Origin: Felis catus
Taxonomy: Eukaryota
Reading direction: 5' to 3'
Assembly: GCF_018350175.1 (NCBI RefSeq)
Contig: NC_058368.1
Location: 37,140,001-37,204,000, forward strand
DNA length: 64,000 bases
Part shown: positions 52,570 to 64,000 of the stretch, one piece after another
Numbering within the stretch: the first letter of the stretch is position 1
Layout of the letters: each line of letters opens with the position of its first letter
Position numbers and translations under genes: made by a program
The notes under the pieces: generated by a model
Told to the model about the DNA's origin: nothing
Seen by the model: only the letters and a program-made list of their open reading frames with translations
The model's database searches: none

Positions 52570-53340
52570 ATTTCATGAAGATATACAAAAGACTAAGAAG
52601 TATATGAAAAGATGCTCAATATTATTAATCATGAAAGAAATGAAAATCAAAACTATGAGATCCCACTTCATACCAACTACTATAACCATTTTTTGTAAAA
52701 AAGGAGACAGTAATACATAAGGGAAGAAATGGGAACTGTCATAAAACTGCAGGTGGGAACATAAAATAGTATAGCCACTATGGAAGAGTTTGGTGGTTCT
52801 TCTTCAAACGGCTAAACAGAATTATCATATGATTCAGCAATTCCACTCCTACATGTACATGCAAAATAAATGAAAACATGTTTTCAAGCAAATACTTGTA
52901 CGTGGATCTTAGTAGCAGCATTACTCATATTTAATATATGAATATGTTTCATATATATGTGTGTGCTTGTGTGTGTGTATGTGTGTGTGTGTGTCAGTTC
53001 CAAGCTGGAAACAACCTAAATGTCCATCAATTAATAAATAGATGACTAAAATGTGTTATTTTCATATCATAGAATATTATTTGGCAAAAACAATGAATAA
53101 ATTACTGTTTCATGCTACAACATGGATGGACCTTAAAAATGTGCTGAGTGAAAGAAGCCAGACACAAAACACCATATATCATATGATCACATTTATTTGA
53201 AATGTCTAGAATATGTTGTCTAGGCCTAGGGGGGTAGGGGAGGGGGGTGAGAATTGACTCTTAGTGAGTATGGGTTTTTTTGGGGGGGGGTGATAACCAT
53301 GTTCTAAAATTGGCTGTGGTGATATTTGCATATATACATA
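52570..53340 (+). mobile_element. Old L1 3' fragment
   Basis: atgaaaagatgctca..cagcaattccactccta..gagtgaaagaagccagacacaaaa. Confidence 0.88.
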
Positions 53341-53364
53341 TATATGTGTATAATGTTCAGTATT

Positions 53365-53828
53365 CTTTTTTTAATTTTTATTTTTTATTGAACTATAGTT
53401 AAGATACAATGTTATATTAGTTTTGAGCATATAGCATAATGATTCAATAATTCTATACATTACTTAGTGCACACACCAGTAAGTGTAGTCACCATCTGTC
53501 ACCAAACAATGCTTTTACAATATTGGTGACTATATTCTCTACCCTGTACTTTTCATCTCTGTGACTATTTTATAACTGTAAATTTGTACCTTTTAATCCC
53601 CTTTATCTGTTTCATTCATTCCCCCTCCCCCCCCCCCTCTGACAACCATTAGGTCTCTGTATTTAAAAGCCTGTTTGTTTTGTTTCTTAAATTCCACATA
53701 TGAGTGAATTAATATGGTATTTGTTTTTTTTTTCTGTCTTATTTTACTTAGCATAATACCCTGTAGGTCCATCTGTGTTCTTGCAAATGGCAAAATCTCA
53801 TTCTTTTTTATGGCTGAGTAATATTCCA

Positions 53829-53868
<40 letters not shown>

Positions 53869-53982
53869 CATCTTTATCTATTCATCTATCAACAGACACT
53901 TGGTCTGCTTCCATATCTTGGCTATTGTAAATAACGCTGAAATAAATATGGGGTGCATATATCTTTTCAAATCAGTGTTTTC
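53365..53982 (-). mobile_element. Carnivore L1 3' end
   Basis: Poly-T, 3'UTR, ORF2 C-terminus MEYYSAIKKNEILPF. Confidence 0.9.
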
Positions 53983-54344
53983 AATGAATATTTTTATCAA
54001 AATTTTTAACAAATTTTCCTGAAATATGATGTGTGACTTAGGAGGGCAGTTTGGAGATTTCTGTCTCCTCTTTTTTTCAAAACAAAACTTATATATTAAT
54101 TGTTATTAGTTGTTGAATATTAATTGTTGAATAACATGAGTTATCTTTATATTAGATTATCTTTATCCATCATCCATAGACATTAGCTTCTTTCCAGTTA
54201 CTTCCATTACATCCTAATTTTAATCTATATTCAGAGTGATAATCTAGAGACATTATTTATATGGATACTATGGTTTTTATTGGTTTTTATTATAGATTCT
54301 TATACTTGTTAATTGTGCAATAATCTTAATTGGGTCTCCCTTTT

Positions 54345-54584
54345 TCATTTTTTTGTTTTTTTGGTTTTTTAAAAAATGTTTATTTATTTTTGAGAGAGAC
54401 AGAGACAGAGACAGAGAGACAGAGAGAGAGTGTGAGCAGGGGAGGGGCAGAGAGAGAGGGAGGCAGAGAATCCCAAACTTACAGCACAGAGCCAGACATG
54501 GGGCTCAAACTCCAGTTGTGAGATCATGACCTGAACTGAAACCAAGAGTCAGACACTCAACTGACTGAGCCATCCAAGCGCCCC
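54345..54584 (-). mobile_element. Can-SINE
   Basis: TSD ggtct.ccttttt. Confidence 0.92.
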
Positions 54585-55911
54585 AGGTCTTCCTTTTTTT
54601 AACCTTTATTTGAGATGTGATTTTAATTTCCTTGATATACACACATATTTGTATTCTGTAAGGTCTATAGGATGAGCCAATGCTGGGAAAATTCTTCAGT
54701 TTCTTTAGAGATAATTTATTCAAATTCAGTACTTTGCCTTGTGGTATTTATAGTCTTGTATCTCATAGGTTTGCTGTATTACGTTTGCATAGCTTCTTAC
54801 ATTCGTTTTTCTTTTATCTTGCTCATAATGATTGGCTATGTTTGGAATTTCTTTGATATGGTGTAGGAGTGTTTCAGGTTCTTCCCATGACTTCTGAGAA
54901 TGGTTTCTTTATCCTCAGAACATTATTTGTGTTTATTCACTTTTTTTTTTTTGTATCCTGACAAATTGATGAGGGTAAGGAATTTTGGAAGGTTCCACTG
55001 AGATTTGAAGCAACTCTGTTAGAATACCTGTTTTAACCCTTGTAAATATCCTCTACTACTCTTCACTGTGCCATATTGGGAGAGATGTCCATCCCCATGT
55101 GGCAACTAACCCCTTCCTTCTGTTATCCTTCTAAATCAGTGTAAAATACTGCTTTTTCACTTATGTCTTTTTGCCATTATACCCTTTTCTCCCCAGAGTG
55201 TAGCCATTCTACCTTTTTTTAGTTTGATAACTGCCCAGTTTTTCTACAGAATGTGTGTTATTGTCTATGGTTTTTACCCTAGGGAGTAAAGTGACTTGTC
55301 AGTCCATCAGGAGGCTAGCTGGGTTGACCTTTCCTTTAGAATCTATCATTTTCTTTTGAATTATTTTTGTTATCATACGTTTTTCTAACTTATGGTATTA
55401 GGTTATCTCTTACATTTACTTGGTTTCTGTAAGTGAATAATTTTTGTAGGATTTTACTTTTTTCGCTCCTTTTGGGGGAAATTCCATGGAAATTTTCCTG
55501 ATGGCCTTTTGATCACAACTTAACCGAACATCAACCTACAGTATGTCATTTAAAGCATTTTATTGGTTTGACCTGCACTGCAAACCTAATGTGTAATGCT
55601 TGCAAAGTAAATCCTTATTTAATGATTGAATAATTTATGTATAAATGATTAGTTCTTAATGAATTTCATAACAATGTTATATGTTTGTATTTAACTTTTA
55701 GTTTTTCAAAGTGCCTTCACATGATTCATTTATTTAATCATGATTAAAATCTTATACATTTGGTAAGGCAGACATTTTCTGCTCTTTATTTATGGGCAAA
55801 CTGAGGCTCAGGAAATTGTTTAAAACAAGCAGCAACTAGTCAGTAGTAGTTCAGAATTGAATATAGGGTTTCGAATGCTTAGCATATATATCAATCCACT
55901 TCAGTGAATTA

Positions 55912-56142
55912 TTTTTGTTTCAAGTTTTTATTTAATTTCTAGTTAGTTAACGTACACTGTAATAACTGGTTTCAGGAGTAAAATTTAGTGATTCATCGCT
56001 TACATACAACACCCAGTGCTCATCCTAACAAATGCCCTCCTTAATACCCATCACCTGTTTAGACCATCCCCTTCCCCACCTTTCCTCTGGCAACCCTATT
56101 TGTTCTCTTTAGTAATAGTCTTTAATGGTTTGCCTCCCTCTC
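55912..56142 (-). mobile_element. Carnivore L1 3' end
   Basis: caagtttttatttaatttctagttagttaac..acaacacccagtgctcat. Confidence 0.88.
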
Positions 56143-56512
56143 TTCTGAGAGTTTTCCCCAAAATAACTCATCAAGAGTATTAAAATATTAACAGGTGAAT
56201 TTTATTTTAACTGCTTGTTTGACAAAATTTTTGAATAGTAGTTTTTTTTAGCAAAAGAGTAAACAATAGAGCAAATGAAATGATATAAAAAATCCATGTC
56301 ATGTATTTTCTTATTTATAATTAAATAATTATATATTTATATTAATAAAAATGTTTACCAGACTATAACAAAATGGAATTGTATTACTCATATCATAGCC
56401 ATCTAAATTGTTTCTGTAAAATCTACCTTCAGAATAAAATTTTTTATCATGAAAGTGCTGGTAAGTAAAGGAGTAATATATAGACACCACTGAAGACTCT
56501 AAGATGGTATCA

Positions 56513-56760
56513 TTTTTTTTTAAGTTTATTTATTTTGAGAGAGAGAGAGAGCGTGTGAGAGAATATGAGTGTGGGGGAAGGGTAGAGAGAAAGGGATAGA
56601 GAGAATCCCGAGCAGGTTCCACATCACCAGCACAAAGCCAATATGGGTCCCCATGTGAATCTTCACATAGGCTCCACACGGGGCTCGAACCCATGAACCG
56701 TGAGATCATGACCTGAGTCTCAGTCAGATGCTCAACTGACAGAGTCACTCAGATGTCCCA
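56513..56760 (-). mobile_element. Can-SINE with an internal insertion
   Basis: SINE body with extra sequence at about 56640-56680. Confidence 0.88.
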
Positions 56761-57619
56761 AGGATCTAGATTCTTAACAGACCTTGAGACCTCACTGACA
56801 ATTTGTGAACAGAGAGCTAATGTGGGCAGATCAGTTTTAGAAAGGCAGTTCTGGAACCCTTAAAAAGAAGGACTTGAGTGAAACAGAACTGAAGGACCAG
56901 TTAAGAGGACATCAGTCTAGGCAAGTGATAATACTGCCTTGGACTATAATGTCAGGGTTTAAAAAAGGCCGATAGTAAGTACAAATATTTAGAAAGCAAA
57001 ATAAGCTGAATTTGTTGAGCAATTCATGTGGGATGTGAACAGAAAGGCCTCAAGAATATCTATGAAGTTTTTATTGTGATATGGGTGTATGATGATACCT
57101 TTAGCCAAGAAAGAAAATATTGGAGAAATGTCAGCTGTGAGGGGAAAGATTTAAAGTTACTTTGAACATTTTGAGCTTAAAACCTCTTTTAGAAATAGAA
57201 AAATGATTCACGTTTTCAAGTTGAAATTCCTAATTTATAATTCCTTAATAAATAAATCATAAATCCTTTCTTTTACATCTAGTTTCACAAAAAATATTGT
57301 CATCATTAGAATTTCTCCTATAGGCACTGTCATTACTGCTACGTTTAATATGCTCTTATAATGCTCTGTGGATATTCTACTTTAACCAATTTTCCTTTAA
57401 ACAAAAGTGAATTGAAGTAGGTGTGATGTTTAAGAATAGAAAAATAAAAGCAAATCACCTTAGTAGGTGCTTAACTTTTATGTCAAATTTTGTTTAGAAA
57501 AGAGAATACTGACCACTTCTATTTTATTGGGCATTGCTAAGAATATACAAAAATAGTAAGTGCTATTGGAAGCATTCAGCTAGTAAAAACAACTGCTACT
57601 TCTGATTTAATAATCTCAG

Positions 57620-59389
57620 AGAGAGAGAAATAAAGTCATTATGTAATGATAAAGTGTTCTGTTGTTTAAGAGGATATAGTAACTGTAAATGCATATGCAC
57701 CTAATGGTAGAACACCTAAATACATAAAGGAAACATCAACAGATCTAAAGGGGAAAATAGACAGCAATACAATAGTAGCAGGGGATTTCAATACCCCATT
57801 TTCAACAATGGGTAGATCATCCAGACAGAAAATCAGTAAGGAAACATTGGACTTACACTGCATGTTAGTCAGATGGACCTAACAGACATATACAGAACAA
57901 CCTATTCAACAGCAGCAGAATACACATTCTCAAGTACACATGGAACATTGTCCAGGATAGATCATGTTAGGCTACACAAAACTACTCAAACAATTTGAGA
58001 AGATTGAAATCTTATCAAGCATCTTTTATGACCAGTGTGGTATGAAACCAGAAATCAATGCAAACTTGAAAATTCATAAATATATGGAAATTAAACAACA
58101 TGCTCGTAAACAACCAGTGGGTCAAAGAAGAAATCAAAAGAGAAATCATGAAATATTTTGAGGCAGATAAAAATGGAAATACAACATACCAAAACTTACG
58201 AGATGCCACAAAAGCAGTTCTAAAAGTTCATATAGTGATATGTGCCTATGTTAGGAAAAAAGAAAGATATCAAATAAATAACCTATCTTGAAACTTTAAC
58301 CTTAGATGAACTAGAAAGAATAAACTAAGCCCAAAGTTAGCAGAAGGAAAGAAAAAATAAATATCAACAGAAACAATTGAAATAAATGCTAAAAAGAAAA
58401 TAGAAGAGACCAATGAAACTAATAAATGGTTTTATGAAAAGAAAAACAAAACTGACAAATCTTTACCTAGACTCACCAAGAGAAAAAGAAGATTCAAATA
58501 GATAAATCAGATATGAAAGAGGATACATTACAAATGATACCACAGAAATACAAAAGATGATAAGAAACTACAATGAAAATTATACACCAACAAATTTGAC
58601 AACTTGGAAGAATTGGATACATTTCTAGAAACACACAACCTACCAAGACTGAATCATGACAAAGGAGAAAATCTGAACAGACCAATTACTAATAAGGAGC
58701 TTAAATCAGTAATCAAAAACCTCCCTAAAAGAAAAGTTCAGGACCACATGGCTTTACTGGTAAATTCTACCAAACATTTAAAGAAAAAATAATAGCATTT
58801 TTCCCAAAATTCTTCCAAACAAAAGAAGAGTGGGGAACACTTCCAAACTCATTTTACAAGACCAATATTACCCTACTACCAAAGCCACCAAAGGATGCTA
58901 CAAGAAAAGAAAATTATAAGCCAATATCCCTGGTGAACATAGATGCCAAAATCCTCAATAAAATATTAGGAAACCAAATTAATCAATACATTAAAAGGAC
59001 CATAACCACGATAAAGTAGGCTTTTATGCCAAAAATGAAAGGATAGTTTAACAATGCAAATCAATAAATGTGATACAGAACATTTATAAAATGGAGGATA
59101 TAGACTATATGATCATCTCAATATGAACACTCAGATGAACACTCAGATGAAGTGTTTGAGAAAATTCAATATCCTTTCGTGACAAAAACTCTCAACAAAT
59201 TATGTATAGATGGAACATATCTCAGTATAATAAAAGTCACATATGACAAGCCTATAGCAGGTATCATACTCAACAGTGAAAATCTGAAAGCTTTTCCTTT
59301 AAGATCAGGAACCAGACAAGAATGCCCATTCTCACAACTTTCCTCAACATAATACTGGAAGTTCTAGCGGGAGCAATTAGGCAAGAAAA

Positions 59390-59436
<47 letters not shown>

Positions 59437-59543
59437 CCAAATCAGACAGGAAGAAGTAAAATTATCCTCGTTTGCCAATGATATGATATATTATACATAG
59501 AAAATCCTGAAGACTCTACCAGAAACTATTAGAACTAATAAAT
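57620..59543 (+). mobile_element. Old L1 ORF2 fragment (endonuclease to RT), degenerate
   Basis: gcatatgcacctaa..aatagtagcaggggatttcaatacccca..aagatcaggaaccagacaagaatgccca; many stops. Confidence 0.92.
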
Positions 59544-59640
59544 AGGAGCTGGTTATCGATAAAGAGGTTCAACTACACTGATGAATATAGCTGCTAGCTA
59601 TTTGCCTCCCAAAAGACTCCAGTACTACTATTTTCATTTG

Positions 59641-60521
59641 TTTTTTTTTTTTTAATATAATTTATTGTCACATTGGCTAAAATACACTGTGTAAATTGTG
59701 CTCTTGGATTTGGGGTAGATTTCCGTGATTCATCACTTACACATCCACCCTCAGTTTTTTCTCTGTATTAAAGAATCTCTTATGGTCTGCCTCCCACCCT
59801 CTCCGTTTGTAACTGTTTTTTTTTTTCCTTTCCTTCCCCCATGGTCTTCTGTTAGGTTTCTCAAGATCCACATATGAATGAAAACAACATGTATCTGTCC
59901 TTCTCTGATTGACTTATTTCACTTATCATAATACATTTCGGTTCCATCCACATTGCTGCAAATGGCATGATTTCATTCTTCCTCATTGCCAAGTAGTATT
60001 CCATTGTATGTATAAACCACATGTTCTTTATCAATTCATCAGTTAATGGACACTTAGGCTCTATCCATAATTTGGCTATTGATGAAATCATTGCTATAAA
60101 CATTGGGGTACATGTGCCTTCATAAATCAGCACTTCTGTATCCCTTGGATAAATTCGTAGTAGTGCTATTGCTGGGTGGTGGGGTAGTTCTATTTTTAAT
60201 TTTTTGAGGAACCTCCACACTGTTTTCCAGAGTGGCTGCACCAGTTTGCATTCCCACCAACAGTGGAAGAGGGTTTCCATTTCTCCACATCCTCACCAGC
60301 ATCTGTAGTTTCCTGAGTTGTTCATTTTAGTCACTCTGACTGGTGTGAGGTCACATCTCAGTGTTGTTTTGATATGTATTTCCCTGATGATGAGTGAGGT
60401 TGAGTATCTTTTCATGTGTCTTTTGGCCATCTGGATGTCTTCTTTGAAAAAGTGTCTATTCACGTTCTGCCCATTTCTTTATGGGATTATTTGTTATTCA
60501 GGTATTGAGTTTGGTAAGTTC
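59641..60521 (-). mobile_element. Felid L1 3' end
   Basis: Poly-T, 3'UTR, ORF2 C-terminus [20 protein letters not shown]. Confidence 0.93.
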
Positions 60522-63500
60522 TTTTTTTTTTAATATCAAATTTATTGTCAAATTGGTTTCCATACAACACCCAGTGCTCATCCCAAAAGGTGCCTTCCTC
60601 AATACCCATCTCCCACCCTCCCCGCCCTCCCACCCCCATCTACCCTCAGTTTATTCTCAGTTTTTAAGAGTCTCTTATGCTTTGGCTCTCTCCCTCTCTA
60701 ACCTCTTTTTTTTTCCTTCCCCTCCCCCATGGACTTCTGTTAAGTTTCTTAGGGTCCACATAAGAGTGAAAACATATGGTAGTGTCTTTCTCTATATGAC
60801 TTATTTCACTTAGCATAACACTCTCCAGTCCCTTCCACATTGCTACAAAAGGCCATATTTCATTCTTTCTCATTGCCAAGTACTATTCCATTGTATGTAT
60901 AAACCACAATTTCTTCACCCATTCATCAGTTGATGGACATTTAGGCTCTTTCCATAATTTGGCTACTGTTGAGAGTGCTGCTATAAGCATTGGGGTACAA
61001 GTGCCCCTATGCATCAGCATTCCTATATCCCTTAGGTAAATTCCTAGTAGTGCTATTGCTGGGTCATAGGGTAGGTCTATTTTTAATTTTTTGAGGAACC
61101 TCCACACTGTTTTCCCGAGTGGCTGCACCAATTTGCATTCCCACCAACAGTGCAAGAGGGTTCCCGTTTCTCCATATCCTCTCCAGCATCTATAGTCTCC
61201 TGATTTGTTCATTTTAGCCACTCTGACTGGTGTGAGGTTCTATCTTGGCGTGGTTTTGATTTGTATTTCCTTGACTAGGAGTGACGTTGAACATCTTTTC
61301 ATGTGCCTGTTGGCCATCTGGATGTCTTCTTTAGAGAAGTGTCTATTCATGTTTTCTGCCAATTTCTTCACTGGATTATTTGGTTTTTTCTGGGTAGGGA
61401 GTTTGGTGAGCTCGTTATAGATTTTGGATACTAGCCCTTTGTCCGATATGTCATTTGCAAATATCTTTTCCCATTCCATTGGTTGCCTTTTAGTTTTGTT
61501 GATTATTTCCTTTGCTGTGCAGAAGCTTTTTATCTGGATGAGGTCCCAATAGTTCATTTTTGCTTTTAATTCCCTTGCCTTTGGGGATGTGTCAAGTAAG
61601 AGATTGCTGCGGCTGAGGTCAAAGAGGTCTTTTCCTGCTTTCTCCTCTAGTGTTTTGATGGTTTCCTATCTCACATTCAGGTCCTTTATCCATTTTGAGT
61701 TTGTTTTTGTGAATGGTGTAAGAAAGTGGTCTAGTTTCATCCTTCTGCATGTTTCTGTCCAGTTCTCCCAGCACCATTTATTAAAGAGACCGTCTTTTTT
61801 CCATTGCATGTTCTTTCCTGCTTTGTCAAATATTAGTTGGCCATGCTTTTGTGAGTCTAGGTCTAGGGTTTCTATTCTATTCCATTGGTCTATGTGTCTG
61901 TTTTTGTGCCAATACCATGCTGTCTTGATGATGACAGCTTTGTAGTAGAGGCTAAAGTCTGGGATTGTGATGCCTCATGCTTTGGTCTTCTTCAAAATTA
62001 CTTTGGCTATTTGGGGTCTTTTGTGGTTCCATACAAATTTTAGGGTTGCTTGTTCTAGCTTTGAGAAGAATGCTGGTGCAATTTTGAATGGGGTTGCATT
62101 GAATTTGTAGATAGTTTTGGGTGGTATTGACATTTTAACAATATTTATTCTTCCAAATCCACGAGCATGGAATGTTTTTCCATTTCTTTCTATCTTCTTC
62201 AATTTCCTTCATAAGCTTTCTATAGTTTTCAGCATACAGATCTTTTACATCTTTGGTTAGGCTTATTCCTAGGTATTTTATGCTTCTTGGTACAATTGTG
62301 AATGGGATCAATTTCTTTATTTGTCTTTCTGTTGCTTCATTATTCGTGTATAAGAATGCAACTGATTTCTCTACATTGATTTTGTATCCTGTGACTTTGC
62401 TGAATTCATGTATCAGTTCTAGCAGATTTTGGTGGAGTCTATCGGGTTTTTCCATGTATAATATCATGTCATCTGCAAAAAGTGAAAGCTTAACCTCATC
62501 ATTGCCAATTTTGATGCCTTTGATTTCCTTTTGTTGTCTAATTGATGATGCTAGCACTTCCAACACTATGTTAAACAACAGTGGTGAGAGTGAACATCCC
62601 TGTCGTGTTCCTGGTCTCAGGGAGAACGCTCTCACCTTTTCCCCATTGAGGATGATATTAGCTGTGGGCTTTTCATAAATGGCTTCTAGGATGTTTAAGT
62701 ATGTTCCTTCTATCCCGACTTTCTCGAGGGTTTTTATTAAGAAATGATCCTGAATTTTGTCAAATGCTTTTTCTTCATCGATTGACAGGATCATATGGTT
62801 CTTATCTTTTCTTTTATTAATGTGATGTATCACATTGATTGATTTGCGAATGTTGAACCAGCCCTGCAGCCTGGGAATGAATCCCACTTGATCATGGTGA
62901 GTAATTCTTTTTATAAGCTGTTGAATTTGATTCGCTAGTATCTTATTGAGAATTTTTGCATCCATATTCATCAGAGATATTGGCCTGTAGTTCTCTTTTT
63001 TTGCTGGGTCTCTGTCTGGTTTAGGAATCAAAGTAATGCCGGCTTCATAGAATAAGTCTGGAAGTTTTCCTTCTCTTTCTATTTTTTGGAATAGCTTGAG
63101 AAGGGTAGATATTATCTCTGCTTTAAATGTCTGGTAGAATTCCCCTGGGAAGCCATCTGGTCATGGACTCTTATTTTTTGGAGGATTTTTGATAACTGAT
63201 TCAATTTCTTCGCTGGTTATAGGTCTGTTTAAGCTTTCTATTTCCTCCTGATTGAGTTTTGGAAGTGTGTGGGTGTTTAGGAATTTGTCCATTTCTTCCA
63301 GGCTGTCCAGTTTGTTGGCTATACTATACTATACTATACTATACTATACTATAATTTTTCATAGTATTCCCTGATAATTGCTTGTATTTCTGAGGGATTG
63401 GTTGTAATAATTCCATTTTCATTCATGATTTTATCTATTTGGGTCATCTCCCTTTTCTTTTTGAGAAGCCTGGCTAGAGGTTTATCAATTTTGTTTATTT

Positions 63501-64000
63501 TTTCAAAAAACCAACTCTTGGTTTCGCTGATCTGCTCTACAGTTTTTTAGATTCTATATTGTTTATTTCTGCTCTGATCTTTATTATTTATCTTATTCTT
63601 CTAGGTTTAGGCTGTCTTTGCTGTTCTGCTTCTATTTCCTTTAGGTGTGCTGTTAGATTTTATATTTGGGATTTTTCTTGTTTCTTGAGATAGGCCTGGA
63701 TTGCAATGTATTTTCCTCTCAGGACTGCCTTCGTTGCATCCCAAAGCGTTTGGATTGTTGTATTTTCATTTTCGTTTGTTTCCATATATTTTTTAATTTC
63801 TTCTCTAATTGCCTGGTTGACCCATTCATTCTTTAGTAGGGTGTTCTTTAACCTCCATGCTTTTGGAGGTTTGCCAGAGTTTTTCTGTGGTTGATTTTAA
63901 GATTCATAGCATTGTGGTCTGAAAGTATGCATGGTATGATCTCAATTCTTGTATACCTATGAAGGGCTTTTTTGTGACCCAGTATGTGGTCTATCTTGGA
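60522..64000 (-). mobile_element. Younger felid L1 (3'UTR and disrupted ORF2), running off the window
   Basis: New poly-T at 60522; RT domain in ORF 62135-63031 ([22 protein letters not shown]); frameshifts and a (CTATA)n insertion at about 63320-63353. Confidence 0.95.

Noticed and set aside
62135..63031. 298-aa ORF as a functional reverse transcriptase gene or novel RT system
   Set aside because: It is an ordinary L1 ORF2 fragment bounded by frameshifts, with a microsatellite insertion upstream.

Overview
AT-rich, repeat-dense mammalian genomic DNA, almost certainly felid: it carries many tRNA-derived Can-SINEs of the cat SINEC_Fc type and carnivore L1s. No intact protein-coding gene is recognisable, and nearly all of the ORF track comes from repeats or chance. 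The main non-repeat signal is a chain of decayed, intron-separated exon remnants on the minus strand (about 75-9400). Hand translation recovers, in the expected order, motifs of the WD40 family containing WDR49/WDR64/WDR95/EFCAB8 (WDY-like), suggesting a fossil, possibly unitary, pseudogene; this family call rests on remembered motifs, not a search. Other notable items are a 5'-truncated processed GSTM3 pseudogene (30050-30480), a young 420-bp gammaretrovirus-type solo LTR with a 4-bp TSD (50272-50691), a twin-primed L1 containing a perfect 55-bp fold-back, a G-rich 44-bp minisatellite inside a SINE, and stacked L1 insertions at the right end. A 3-exon plus-strand 54-aa ORF is speculative. Repeat boundaries were read by eye and are approximate.
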